The notes below the pieces were generated by a model. That model had not been told where the DNA came from. It was given only the letters and a program-made list of their open reading frames with translations, and searched no databases. This document shows positions 13,401 to 25,630 of a stretch of 64,000 nt of DNA, piece by piece. Positions within the stretch are counted from its first letter, which is position 1, and each line of letters begins with the position of its first letter. Position numbers and translations under genes: made by a program. Source of the DNA: Balanoglossus misakiensis (lineage: Eukaryota; Animalia; Hemichordata); the NCBI GenBank assembly GCA_040954595.2, contig JBECUI020000026.1, forward strand, positions 310,001-374,000. The letters are read 5' to 3'.

Positions 13401-16400
13401 ATTCAGTTGCCATAACTTGCGCTTCACACAGCGCATACATGTAGGTCTAATCAATTGGGCAACTGGGTCTTACAATATTATCTGATGCCTCTTACTGGCC
13501 GAAGGACCACAAGTTGCATTTTCACATCGCATATAAATAGAAAACCCATTAATTTCTACTGTATGATTTTATTGACGATTCAATAGTTTCATGACTGTTA
13601 GTGTTAATTACAATACCTAAATTCCCAAATGAAAGCATGCTGTCAGTTTTCATGTGATTGATATTAATTTTACAATTTCAAAATATGCTTAGCTCTGAAT
13701 GATTATGAACATATCAAACTTCATGTTAAATAAACTGTCTTGATATTGTATACATTAAGGCCTACTACCAGTGTCACAACATTGATTTCCTGCATTTTTG
13801 CTCATGCCTTCTGACCAGTCAGTTGCCTCTGTATGTGTGTATGTAGTATGTATGGATGTATGTATGTCTGTCCACATCAAAAACTTGAAAACCCCTTCGC
13901 GTATCCCCTTGATATTTGGTGTGTAGATGTAGGCCAGCCTGTAAATAGGATTTTGTTCATATTAAGAAGGTTGAAGTATTTTCATGATTGGTTTTATTTG
14001 ATTACTCCAGAAACATACAATACAGAGTCTGTGTGGTAAGTCTTGATATTGGGTTTTTAGATGCAGGCACGCCTGTTCAAATGAAATATGCTAATTACCT
14101 GGAGCAATGTGAAATTGATCAAAACTCAGAAACTCAACAACTGGTCAGATTGCTTTGAACATTTGTATGCATGTAGCTTATGTCACGCCTGATATACTTT
14201 CAGCTAATATCGTGAATTGTATCTAGAATTTAGTATGCTATTTCCTATAGGTAATCTTTGTTAGTATTGTTTAAATTGTGGCAAAATTTGTAATTTTTGG
14301 GAAATATAATTTTGTCATTTTTGGTCAAAAATCATTTTCTCTGAAACTCCATGTCAGGTCAGGTTGCATTTAAATTTTGGTTTGCTTGTTCCATGAGGTA
14401 ACCCAAGTAATGTTGTATATCATTTTGGTGAAATTTGCATATTTGTGGTCTTGAGGCAATTTTTGCAATTTGTATTCTTTGAAACCGCATGTCAAATTGC
14501 TTTCAATTTTGGTAGGCATGTTCCTTGTGGTGATTGAAGTGAGATATTGTTGGATTTGTTGATATCTGAATTTTTGTGGTTGAGGCAGTTTTTGTCATTG
14601 TTGAAGAAATGTTGTTTTCACTGAAAATACTCCGATTCCTGTGAAATTGTATTAGGTTACCTGGTAGGTCATATCTGCTTGGCAATGTCACAGCGGTGTA
14701 CACACCTATTTTTGTGTAATCCAAAGTGTGTAATAAGCTAGCAAATATTTACTAGTAAATCATGTATGTTCTACTTCTTACAAGGTTGAAGTATGTTGAT
14801 GTCTGGGTTAAATGGGATTCTTCAGAAACATACAATACAGAGTCTGTGGTACAGTTCATGGTCACATTCAGAATTACCTAGTCTATATCCAGCCGTGTTC
14901 TGTCCGCTTTGCTTCCAAAAGTATCGTCTAGTGTCATGCATGCCACTTGCCCAATAATCTGACACCCCTTGCTGGGAAATTTGATGTAACAAGTATCCCT
15001 TAGTGAAATTATTAACATAAATTGAACAATGTTGATTTGGCGTAAGATTATAGTGAAGGCAGGGCTTATTACATTGAAAATGCTATCCAGCCTTAATTAC
15101 ACATTATGAATATCCTTTGTCCAATCATTGGAAAAACAATGTACCGTAGACTTGCATAGCACTTTGAAGGTGAATCGCAAGTGGTCACTTTAATTACATT
15201 ACCTCAAGCAGTCTTTTACATGTAGCTATAATAAGACAAGCATTCCCGGTGTAATTAACATCACTGTTGTTATTAGTATCTATCTCCGATAAGTATCAAG
15301 TCTGCCTTATGTTATTTTAAGTCAATTGTCAGGTTCATGTACATATTTTACAACTTATCTATCTTGTCAAAAACTTTCGCATGTACCTAATTCTAGGCTT
15401 ACCAGTAGGGTTATAGATACAGTGTATTATATTAACATGCATTAATATGAAACTAAATGTTGATGGTTAATTAAAGACCCCCTTGAGCTATGGTAACCTC
15501 ATTAAATATGTGCATATCTTATTCTAGTGGATGTGGTAACCTGGACATGGACAACTCTGGGGTCAAAATCTTTTGACAAACTTTTGGGTGATCTTGGGTA
15601 AACTTTGACCTACATTCCTATATCTTGGCATCCGGCACAGATACATCCTTGACACTTGGAGTTATGGAACTATGTAATGGAATATTATGTCTTGCCTCAT
15701 TAATTATGTACATACCTAATGCCAGCCTAACCAATAGGGCTGGAAGTCTGCCTTTTTTTGGACATGATACATTTGAGATCAACATTTTTCTACAGCAGCC
15801 AGCCTTCTCTTAAAAAGAATGGACAATATAAAGGCTTTGCTGGTATACTGAACTTTGGACTCCCTCCCTGAGACTGTGTGCCAATGACGGGATAGCCTAC
15901 TCAGCGTTGGGTAGATCCTAAGAAGGCCTCAGCCAGGCATCAGATACAAAAAGCGGAAATCCAAGCTTTAATGGTGGGTTACATCGTTAACTTCCCTGCA
16001 GAGCTGATTTCTCAGACTGTGAGCCAATGACGGGTAAAGCCCCTAGGTAGGGGCCACCTAAGACAGGCCGGTCATGCTTTAGTCACAAAGAAGGGCAAGT
16101 TCAGTCATACCATAACTTTGTCTGCTGTATATGCTTCATAATGATTGCATGGTATTTTGAGAATACATTGTCTTAAGGCAGTGTGACCAGCTAAAAAGTA
16201 CTGGCAAACACAGCCAATGTGTAATAAAAAACATCTAATTTGGCTGAATAAAAGACATAAAACACAGCAAAAGCACTGTGACTAGCTGAGACATAATACT
16301 CCATTATGCATTTCCATCACTCCAAGTGTCAAGGTTGCATCTGCTCTGGATGCCAAGATATAGTAATGTTGGTCAAGGTTTACCCAAAGTCACCCAAAGT

Positions 16401-17348
16401 TCTGTCAAACAATTTTGACCCCAATGTTGTCCATGTTTAGGTTTCTCCCTCCACTGGATAGCCTACAATTAGATATGCAAATATTTAATGACATTACCAT
16501 AGATTAAGGCGGTCCTAAATTAACCATGAAATTATAGTTTCATGTTAATTCTTGTTATTACAAAACACTGTATCTATAACCCTTCTGGAAGCCATACTTT
16601 GTTTCATGCTACCCAATATGTGAAAGTAGGTAAAAAATCAGCCAAGGTTATTTGAAATTTTGCTGAAAAAAATCCGGTCCCTGACATTTGGTAAAGGGGT
16701 CAAGACACTTGGCAACAAATTGTTGTCCCAGATTAGAACATATTCATAAAAAACTCAGGGAAAGAAGGAAGTTTTTCACAGCTTTGGTGCTTCAAATAGT
16801 AGAGAGGTTCCCAAGTTATTTCAATGAAACCTTAATGTCAACATTACATCGTTAGACTCGAAACTCATCTGGCATAAAGCTGCTAGTTAAAGCCCTAAGG
16901 GTTGTGCCACTTTTTCATTATTTTCATCTAAGATTTGTCAATCTAAATAAGCTTACTGCTAGGTATACATCTACATGAACATCTTGTTGACTGACGATTG
17001 TGGCTGTAATTTAAAGAAGTCAGATATTTAACAGGTACCACACCTGTTTAATCTGCCTCTATACAAAGGGTACACATCTATAGTGGTATGCATCACCTAG
17101 ATATGACAAACATAAGCACTACAAGTAATATGGCTTTATGGTGGCGATTTTGAAGGATGTGGAGAAGATTTGAAAAACACTCTTGAGGAAAAAGATGTGT
17201 TAAATCTTTGAAATGTGTTTTATTCTTTGGTTCCCATTTCGTATATGTCTATCTACCACTGGGACCAATGTGAAATTGGTGGAAATTGGTCAAATTGCTT
17301 TAGAAATTGGTGTGTATTCATTTTGAGACCTCATGGATTTTTTTTCAT

Positions 17349-19700
17349 TTTTAGCTCACGTGAAAATCACGTGAGCTTATGGTTTAGCGATGTCTGTGTG
17401 TGTGTGTGTATGTATGTATGTGTGTGTGTGTCTGTCTGTATACCCGATATCTAAAGAACCGCTGAACCGATTTCAACCAAATTTAGTACACAGGTTCAGA
17501 TATCATATGGCAAGAACTGAAAAGGTTTTGGTGCGTGTGGCTTTGATATTAATGAAGTTATTTAAGTTTTAATTTTTCTATTACATGATTGTCTATGTGA
17601 GCTTTCGTTAATGCCGCATATATGACCAGTGGAAACGATAGTTTGAGGAGATCGACAGTTTGAGGGCGCTGTGAAATGAGACATTCCTGGCGATATTGCC
17701 GTGGTTCTGTCCATGCTCAGACGCTGTACCCGTCGTTACGAATAACTTCCCTACGTGAATCCACAAGGAAGCTAACGTTGTTTAGTTGCTTCATAGAGCG
17801 TAAATTGTTAATCTACAGGACCGTCAGACGAATACTCTTTTCAAATGAAGTTTGAAACTACTTACAAGTAAGTTAGTGGAGACAATATGGCGGATAGTTG
17901 GCGTGCAGCCGAATCCGCGTTATGACTATGACGTGACCCATTCATCAAGACAAACCGTAAATGATTCACGCATATTGTGGTCCTCACGCAGTCAATCTCA
18001 AAATGTCACCAGGCTTTCTATTTGTCTATTGTTCAGAGAAAAATAACGTGGCGGTTGATCACACTCAACAGTAAAATCCGTTTTGTGAGTTTATAGACAG
18101 TCTGTTATCGCCAATACTATATAGCGATTGCTAGATGGCTTACCCAATATGTGATCGAGCGAGAATGATAACATTGAATGTCTGTTCAGATCTCATTCCG
18201 TACGTCATACGTCAACATTTCGATTTCGATTTAATCCATTCATAAAGAATTTAGAGAAAGTCGTCTTGAATTGTGACCCCGACTATCAATTTTACGATGA
18301 TTTTTTGGCGACGGAATACACGAGACGCCATTGCATAACTACGTCAGCTGGACTTCCAAGGTTACCATTTTGTGTGTATGGAATCTTATCACAGAGACTA
18401 CGTACTTTGACAATATGCTTGGTATATCAATGACGCCCCAGAAAATTTGTCGAAAAATGAATTTGTCTTCTCATGGTGGTGCAATATATTTTAATGTCTA
18501 TTTTGAGGTTGATTTTGGTTTTTGGCTAACATGTATATCAATGTCAGCTTATAGCATGAGTTGGTGTCCGTCGTCTATGTATGTCTGTATGTGTGCCTCA
18601 TACAGAATTATGTATTTTGCGAATGGATCAGTTTCGTCTAAATGTATTGATGTATGTATGTGTATGTCCATCAACATCAAAAACTTGAAACTACTGATAT
18701 TTAGTGTGTACATAGAAATTGTTATTGCGAAAAAATGCATACTGGTATTAACTGGAAAAATGTTCAAGTAGTCAAAATTGAAAAACTTAATAACAGCGGA
18801 TCAGATTCAGTTAAAAATTGGCGTGCATTGGTGTGCAAGTACTATGGGAAGACCTCGTATGATTTTGTTCAGGTGGAGACAGTATCTGGCGTTTGCTATT
18901 TTTTATGAATTTTGGGGGGAATTTTCTGCAGTTTTGTTAAAAAAAATTCTTCTCTGAAATTACATGTCCAATTGATTGGAAACTTGGTATGGAGGTTCAT
19001 AGGGCTTACCTGAATCACATTTGTGCAAACGGTGGTGAAATTTGCAAAAATGCATTTTTGGGCAATATTTCCTGTTTTTGTCAAAAAATCAAATCCCGTG
19101 AAACTGTAAGTGCAATTGTTTTGATACTTTGTATTTGGGTTTCTAGGGGTGATCTCAGTCAAATATGATCAAATTGTAAAGAAATTTGCATAATTGTATT
19201 TTTTGGGAATTCTGCAGGGTTTGGCCAAATAGTCTTCAGTAAAACCACAAGTCCAATTGATTGGAAACTTTGAATGGGAAATCATATATGTGATATCAGT
19301 CAGATTTGTCTGAATTACCTGTTGTTTGCCAAAATGTCTTCCTTATTGAAACTTGTTAAAGAGGTTCTTAGGCATGAACAGAAATCAGATTTGTTGAAAT
19401 CTGGTGAAATATTCATACTTTTTGGTATATTTCTTGCCATTTTTGATCAACGAGTTTTAGAATTCCATAGACTTATCTTTTTATGCAGTTCAGGATGGGG
19501 TACATGACTCATAACCCCTTACAAAAATTGACAAGGCAACAATTCCACAAACATGTTTACATTTCACAATGGTGCAACACACAACCCTTACACCATATAC
19601 ACTATAAACCAAATTGGTTTAACACTGGTTTTTCTAATCTTGTTATTCTGTCAACCAATCACAGTACTGCACGTGAGCATATTCAGTTAATATCTGGTTT
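17349..19700 (+). mobile_element. HINE/DINE-1-like (Helentron-associated) non-autonomous element inserted in the right arm
   Basis: Starts TTTTAGCTCACGTG with hairpin gctcacgtgaaaatcacgtgagc, then a GT/GTAT microsatellite and degenerate internal repeats. Ends with subterminal cacgtgagc, a short palindrome and ctggttt. Arm homology stops before it and resumes at 19701. Confidence 0.75.
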
Positions 19701-20820
19701 GAAGTATATTTTGGGGGTGATTTTGGTCAAATACTCAAAAACCTCTACTCACAGTTCTTTGAAATTTGGTTTGCAGGTTCCTAGGTGTGTTATCACGACA
19801 TTTTAACAAATCCTATGATGGAAGTGTCAATATAGTTTTTGTGGACAGTTTTTGCCATTTTTGTTTGATTGCTTTGCAATTTTTTGTTTTGCAGTTTCCA
19901 GGGGATTTTTTTACTGTGATATATCATAAATGTTCTGAAAATGAAAAAATTGTATTTTGGGGGCATAAAAAAAATTCTCAGAAAGTGCATGGTTGATCAC
20001 TTTAAAAGTTTAGTTGTGAGTTAATGATATGTGCTTCTTTAGAATGATAATTGAATCAAATCATAGCTGAATTAGTTTTTTTGTTTATTTTGTTTGATAT
20101 TTTTTCCTTATACCTCAAAAATTGTTATTATAAAAGGGAAATTACCATTACATAGTTGTTTGCAATTAAGGAGGACCCCCTCCCCCACTGAAAATCGTAT
20201 ACACCTTGATCTCTCTATGTCTGTATTCATGTCTGTATGTATGTTTTACAAATGTATGCTCCCAATAAGAGTGAAATGATTTTTTTTATCGTAATACTTC
20301 TAAAGTGATTATTTCCTATGAGATAAGCAGTCTTATTACCTAATCGTTTCTGAAATTCTACCTCATGCTGTGTATGAAAAGTCTAATATATGTCATTGTC
20401 AAGATCCCCAAAACAGGCTGATATAGTATCACATAACATTTGATAAAAGTATCCCAAACAGTGTGGCAATTTTGGTATACAGAAAAAAACACTAGAATGA
20501 CAACAGCTACATGTATGTAGGCTAGCAATAGGAACACAGATAACAATTCTCCATATTCATTTTTAAATACGATAAGATTCGCTGAAATTGGCACATCTGT
20601 GTGCAGGCAAAGTCAGTTCCAACTCGGCTTGCAAATCGGACCAATGTCTCTTGTTCGCTGAGACTGTATGGTTCTAGTAATAGCTGTAAGAACTTGATCA
20701 TTGACCAAACTCTTGGTTCAATTTTGCAACATTTTATGATTTCAAGCTGTACATATTTAACTCCGTTTCAACTATAGTTGGAGGGATAACATTGGAGCCA
20801 TTTCACTGACAAAATAGCGC

Positions 20821-21657
20821 TTAGGGACCATTCAGTTTTTACGGTGGGGGGAGGCTGGCAAAATCCAGGGGGTCACTTAAATTTTGAAATCCAAAAGAGG
20901 GAGTCATCTTTTTTTCAAACGTTTAGGGGGGATGTCATATACATGTACCCACCGATGCTAACTTTGAGTGGAGTGGCAACAGTAAAATTGGTCCTTTCAA
21001 ACATTGAGATACATGTAATTTGCTTTTGACTTCATTAAAATGCAACTTTGAGCTACATATTTTACAAAGTTTTCTTATGTGGAAGGAGGACATCCCCTCC
21101 CACACCCATCCCCTTATTTCTTCGCCACATATAGTGTACCAGGGCAGAATACTTGCCATCCCACCCCCACTGATGTTAACTTTGAGTGGCAAAAGTCAAA
21201 TTTGTCCTCCCCAACATTAAGTTAATTTGCCTTTGAGTTCATTAAAATGCATTAATTGTATTTTACAAAATTGTCCTACGTACACCCACCCCTTCCACTT
21301 TTCTTGTTTTACCAATTCTACCAACTATTGTATTGACGTGTCCTTTTAATTTATCCATAGACCTTCTTTATTGCAACGCTATACTATTATACACTTCAAA
21401 TTATAAATTTCTTTAAGAAATTTAGAATTGAGGTGTGAGGAGACCCTTTACCTTTATTGCATACAGTCAGTGTACATAAGATAAGGATGGCGAATGTTTT
21501 CGGGGTGGGAGGAGGGTCATCATATTTTGGTCCTGTCAAAGGGGGGGGGGGTCATCATTTTTTTGGTCCTGGTTGAAGGGGGTGTCGGCCTGATTTTGAA
21601 AACCAATGACACAAACTTTTGCCTCCCCCCCCTCCACCAAAACTGAACAGTCCCTTA
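20821..21657. mobile_element. TIR MITE with T(A/T)AGGGAC termini inserted at a TA in the right arm
   Basis: ttagggaccattcagttttt...aaaactgaacagtccctta. The empty site (atagcgctact on the minus strand) is at about 44950-44960. Confidence 0.85.
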
Positions 21658-22254
21658 CTAAAGGACGTCAATGTCTGTTTACAGTCAAATGCATTGCCAT
21701 CAGAAAAAAAAATGCAAACAATTTCTTATGTTTGTAGTACGCACTTTTTGTATATCTGTAAACTGTGTCTCAGTTGTGAAATTCTAAGGAAATTTGTTCC
21801 TTGGGTAGAATAAAGGATTCTTAAACAAACTTAGTCCTGAAAGCTAAATGGTTACCTCAGAGAAACTGTGTTAAATTTGGTCATCATTGTTTTAAATCAC
21901 ACAAGACATTCCCACAGCTAAGTTACTGCAGCAGTCAGTTTCAACTCAGCTTGCAAATTGGGATCATGTCTTGTGTTCATCGAGACTGTCTGTAGTCGAG
22001 TTGACAGTCACTACAACTGTATTGCAAATATGGCAGGGTTGGGCAACTCTTCCAATTTGCATTTGAACACCTTTTCTGTTTGCGTCAAAATGATGAATAA
22101 TGTTTCGTTTTCAAGAATGCCTTAATATGGGCACCCAATACAAGACAACTGCATTGCAAATGGCATTTTCATTCAACTCTCCTGGGTACCTAAAACAATT
22201 TCAACATGGTTGACATGGCAATATTAGACAACTGTTCTAATTTGCATAATCCTG

Positions 22255-25200
22255 CTGACCTCATTAATTATGTGCATAGCTAATTACAGGCGAACCAATA
22301 GACCTAGAGGTTTTCTTTTTGTTGGACAGGACCAGTATGGGGTCAAATGTTTTTACCCAAATGTTGGGTGACCTCTGGTGACCTTTGACCTACTTTCGCA
22401 AATCTCAGCATCCACAGCAGATACAGCCTTGGCGTTTGGAGGTATGGGGCCATAATGAAAAGCCAAAGTTTTGGGTCACCTGTGACACCTGCTTAACTCA
22501 TTATTTATGTGCATACCTAATTCCGGGCTAACCAAAAGGGCTATGGGTCAAAATTTTCTGCCGAAATTGTGGGTGACCTCTGGGTGACCTTTGACCTACT
22601 TAACACTATATCAGCACTAAACATAGATATAATCTTGATATTTCATGGGATAAAACACAACATTATGTTTCTACTCATTAATTATGTGCATATCTAATAA
22701 TCAGATCAGATAATAGAGCTTGGGCCCGGACAATGCTGCTTGCAGCTTTAATTCTTTCTTTCTTTCTTTATTCTTGTGTCATTTCTTTGTCGCTCTAGAT
22801 CTCAGACACCGCTGCAGGTACACTTCTCAAACTTGCTACAGTGGTCAAGGTCAATGGGTAGTCGTGCATTGAACTCTTGAATTTTTAATTAGTCACGTGA
22901 CATGGCGGCCATATTGGATTTTCTGAAAAAATGCAAATCTCAGATCTCAGAAACTACAAGTCAGATTTACTTCAGATTTGGTGTGCTGGTAGTGTACCTT
23001 CTGCCCATCATTTTTGTAATTGGATATTTTGCTGTCAATGTTGCAGATTTTTTGCTACAGTTGTTTTTCTGAAATCTGGTCAAAATTTCAAAAATCTTCT
23101 TCTCCAGAACCGGCGATAACCGAGTCACGCGGTTTGGGGTATGTGGTCACCAAACTGAGGTCTATCAAGTTTGCGAAGATCATTGTGATTGGTCGAAGAT
23201 TAAGGCGGCCATATTGGATTTTCGAAAAACCCTAGTAAAATTTCAAAAATCTTCTTCTCAAGAACCGGCGATAACTGAGTCACAAGATTTGGTGTGTGTG
23301 GTCATTAAACAGATGTCTATCAAGTTTGTGAAGAGGAATGTGATTGGTCGAAGATTATGGCGGCCATATTGGAGTTTGTGAAAAACGATTAAAAAGTAAA
23401 AATTCCCTTTCTAGCCTAAATATTGATAGCACAGAAATTCTTTTTATGGATATGACTCATCATATGACAAGAATAAGCTATAAATATTTTGGTAATTTTG
23501 GCAATGACCTTTGACCTACTTTTGATGCATCATTTTTCGGCATATCTAATTACAGGCTAACCAATAGGGCTATAAGTTTGGTTTTGGATGTATGTGGATT
23601 TGTATCTGATCAAAATATTTTGCTACTTTTCATGACCCCTTTGACCTCTGCTGACCTCATTAATTATGTGCATAGCTATTTACAGGCGAACCAATAGAGC
23701 TAGAGGTTTGGTTTTTGTTGAACATGGACCAGTATGGGGTCAAAAGTTTTTGCCCAAATGTTGGGTGACCTCGGGTGACCTTTGACCTACTTTTGCATAT
23801 CTCGACATCCACAGCAGATACAGCCTTGGCGTTTGGAGGTATGGGGCCATAATGAAAAGCCAAAGTTTTGGGTCACCTGTGACACCTGCTTAACTCATTA
23901 TTTATGTGCATACCTAATTCCGGGCTAACCAAAAAGGCTAAAGGTCTGGTTTTTGTTGGATATGGACCACTATGGTTCAAAAAAATTTGCCCAAATTGTG
24001 GGTGACCTCTGGGTGACCTTTGACCTACTTAACACTATTCAACACCAAACATAGATATAACTTTGATATTTCATGGGGATAAAACACAGCATTATGTTTG
24101 TTCTCATTAATTATGTGCATATCTAATAATCAGATCAAATAATAGAGCTTGGGCCCGGACAATGCTGCTTGCAGCTTTAATTCTTCTTCTTCTTCTTCTT
24201 CTTCCGAGAAATTCGGCCAGGTAGATCTGGAAAACCGCTGCACCTTGGGGGCTGAAACTTGGTAGGGTGATAGGGGCCAATGAGTAGACGTGCAGTGGCT
24301 CGTGAATATTTAATTAGTCACGTGACCTGGCGGCCATATTACATTTCCTGACAATCGTTAAACGAGTCCTTCTCAAAAACTACTGGGCCGATCGAGTTCA
24401 AATTTGGTGTGCAGGTAGCCTACCTTCTGTCCATCATTTTACCCCATTGAAATCATGACGTCACACATAAAGTTTTTTTGCTACAATTGATTTTCTGAAA
24501 AACTACTTAAAACTTTAAAAATCTTCTTCTCCAGAACCAGCGATTGCCGAGTCACAGGATTCGGGGTATGTGGTCACCTAACCTATGTTTATCAAGTTTG
24601 CGAAGCGCACTGTGATTGGTCGATCATTATGGCGGCCATGTTGGATTTTCGGAAAACCATTGAAAAATGACAATTCTGTTTTGTAGCCAAAATGTTGACA
24701 GCACGTAAATTCTTTTTTGGATATGAGTCATCATATGACCGGAAGTTGTTACAATTTTTCGGGGCAATTTTGACATGACCTTTGACCCAGTTTTAAAACA
24801 ACTAATTATATATGCATATCCCCATACCTCCTCTTGTAAAAGCACCACAGTCATGAATTTTGTGGACATGGGTACCAATGCTGCCAGGACATGACACAAC
24901 TATTTTGGTAATTTTGGCAATGACCCTTGACCTATTTCTGAAACATCATTTTTCTGCATATCTAATTCCAGGCTAACCAATAGGGCTAGAGGTCTGGTTT
25001 TAGTTGGACATGGCCCACTCTGGGGTCAACATTTTATGCCCAAATTTTGGGTGACCTTGGATGACCTTTGATCTAATTTCCCATATCTCAGCATCCACAG
25101 CAGTTAGAGTCCTGGCTTTTGGAGGGCCGATGGAGCAGATATGGAGTCTTACACAAGACCTCATTAATTATGCGCATACCTAATTCTAGGCGAACCAATA

Positions 25201-25391
25201 GGGCTAGGTGTTTGGTTTTTGTTGGACCTAGACTAGTATGGGGTCTGATTTTTTTGCCCAAATTTGGGGTGACCTCAGGTGACCTTTGACCTACTTTCCA
25301 ATATCTTGGTATCCACAGCAGATACAGCCTTGGCATTTGCTTGTTACCATGGGAACCGCTTGTGCCCCGCCAACGCTGCTTGCAAGTTTAA
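22255..25391 (+). mobile_element. Tandem array of HINE-like elements with TGACCTTTGACC internal repeats
   Basis: A shared 3' end (gg/gc)ccg..caa(t/c)gctgcttgca...ttaatt occurs at about 22721-22753, 24151-24182 and 25364-25391; the first two are followed by CT-rich runs. 22255-22755 is duplicated at about 23650-24182. Confidence 0.7.
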
Positions 25392-25630
25392 TTGTATTTT
25401 GCATTTTCTCACGGTGGCGACCATATTCCTTTGCGGCGAAGATTTATTATTTGTCTGGTTTAAACTTGCATATGCACTCATACTTAGGGTTCATAATACT
25501 TGTACATAGTTCAGTGCATACTTCTGTATGGGCTAAAGGTGGTGCAGTTTGAAAAAAGTGTGATAATTTCCCAAAAGTACCAGCTGATGCACCGATTTAT
25601 GTCTAATCTCTGTTTTGAATTTCTTGGCAG

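Larger units (their letters stand above)
11914..22250 (-). repeat. Right arm of the giant inverted repeat (pairs with 1-5577 and with 43684-53145)
   Basis: 11914-15826 pairs with 5577-1; 15827-17310 with 47572-46100; 19701-19900 with about 46056-45850; 20480-20820 and 21658-22250 with about 45290-44160. Confidence 0.92.
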
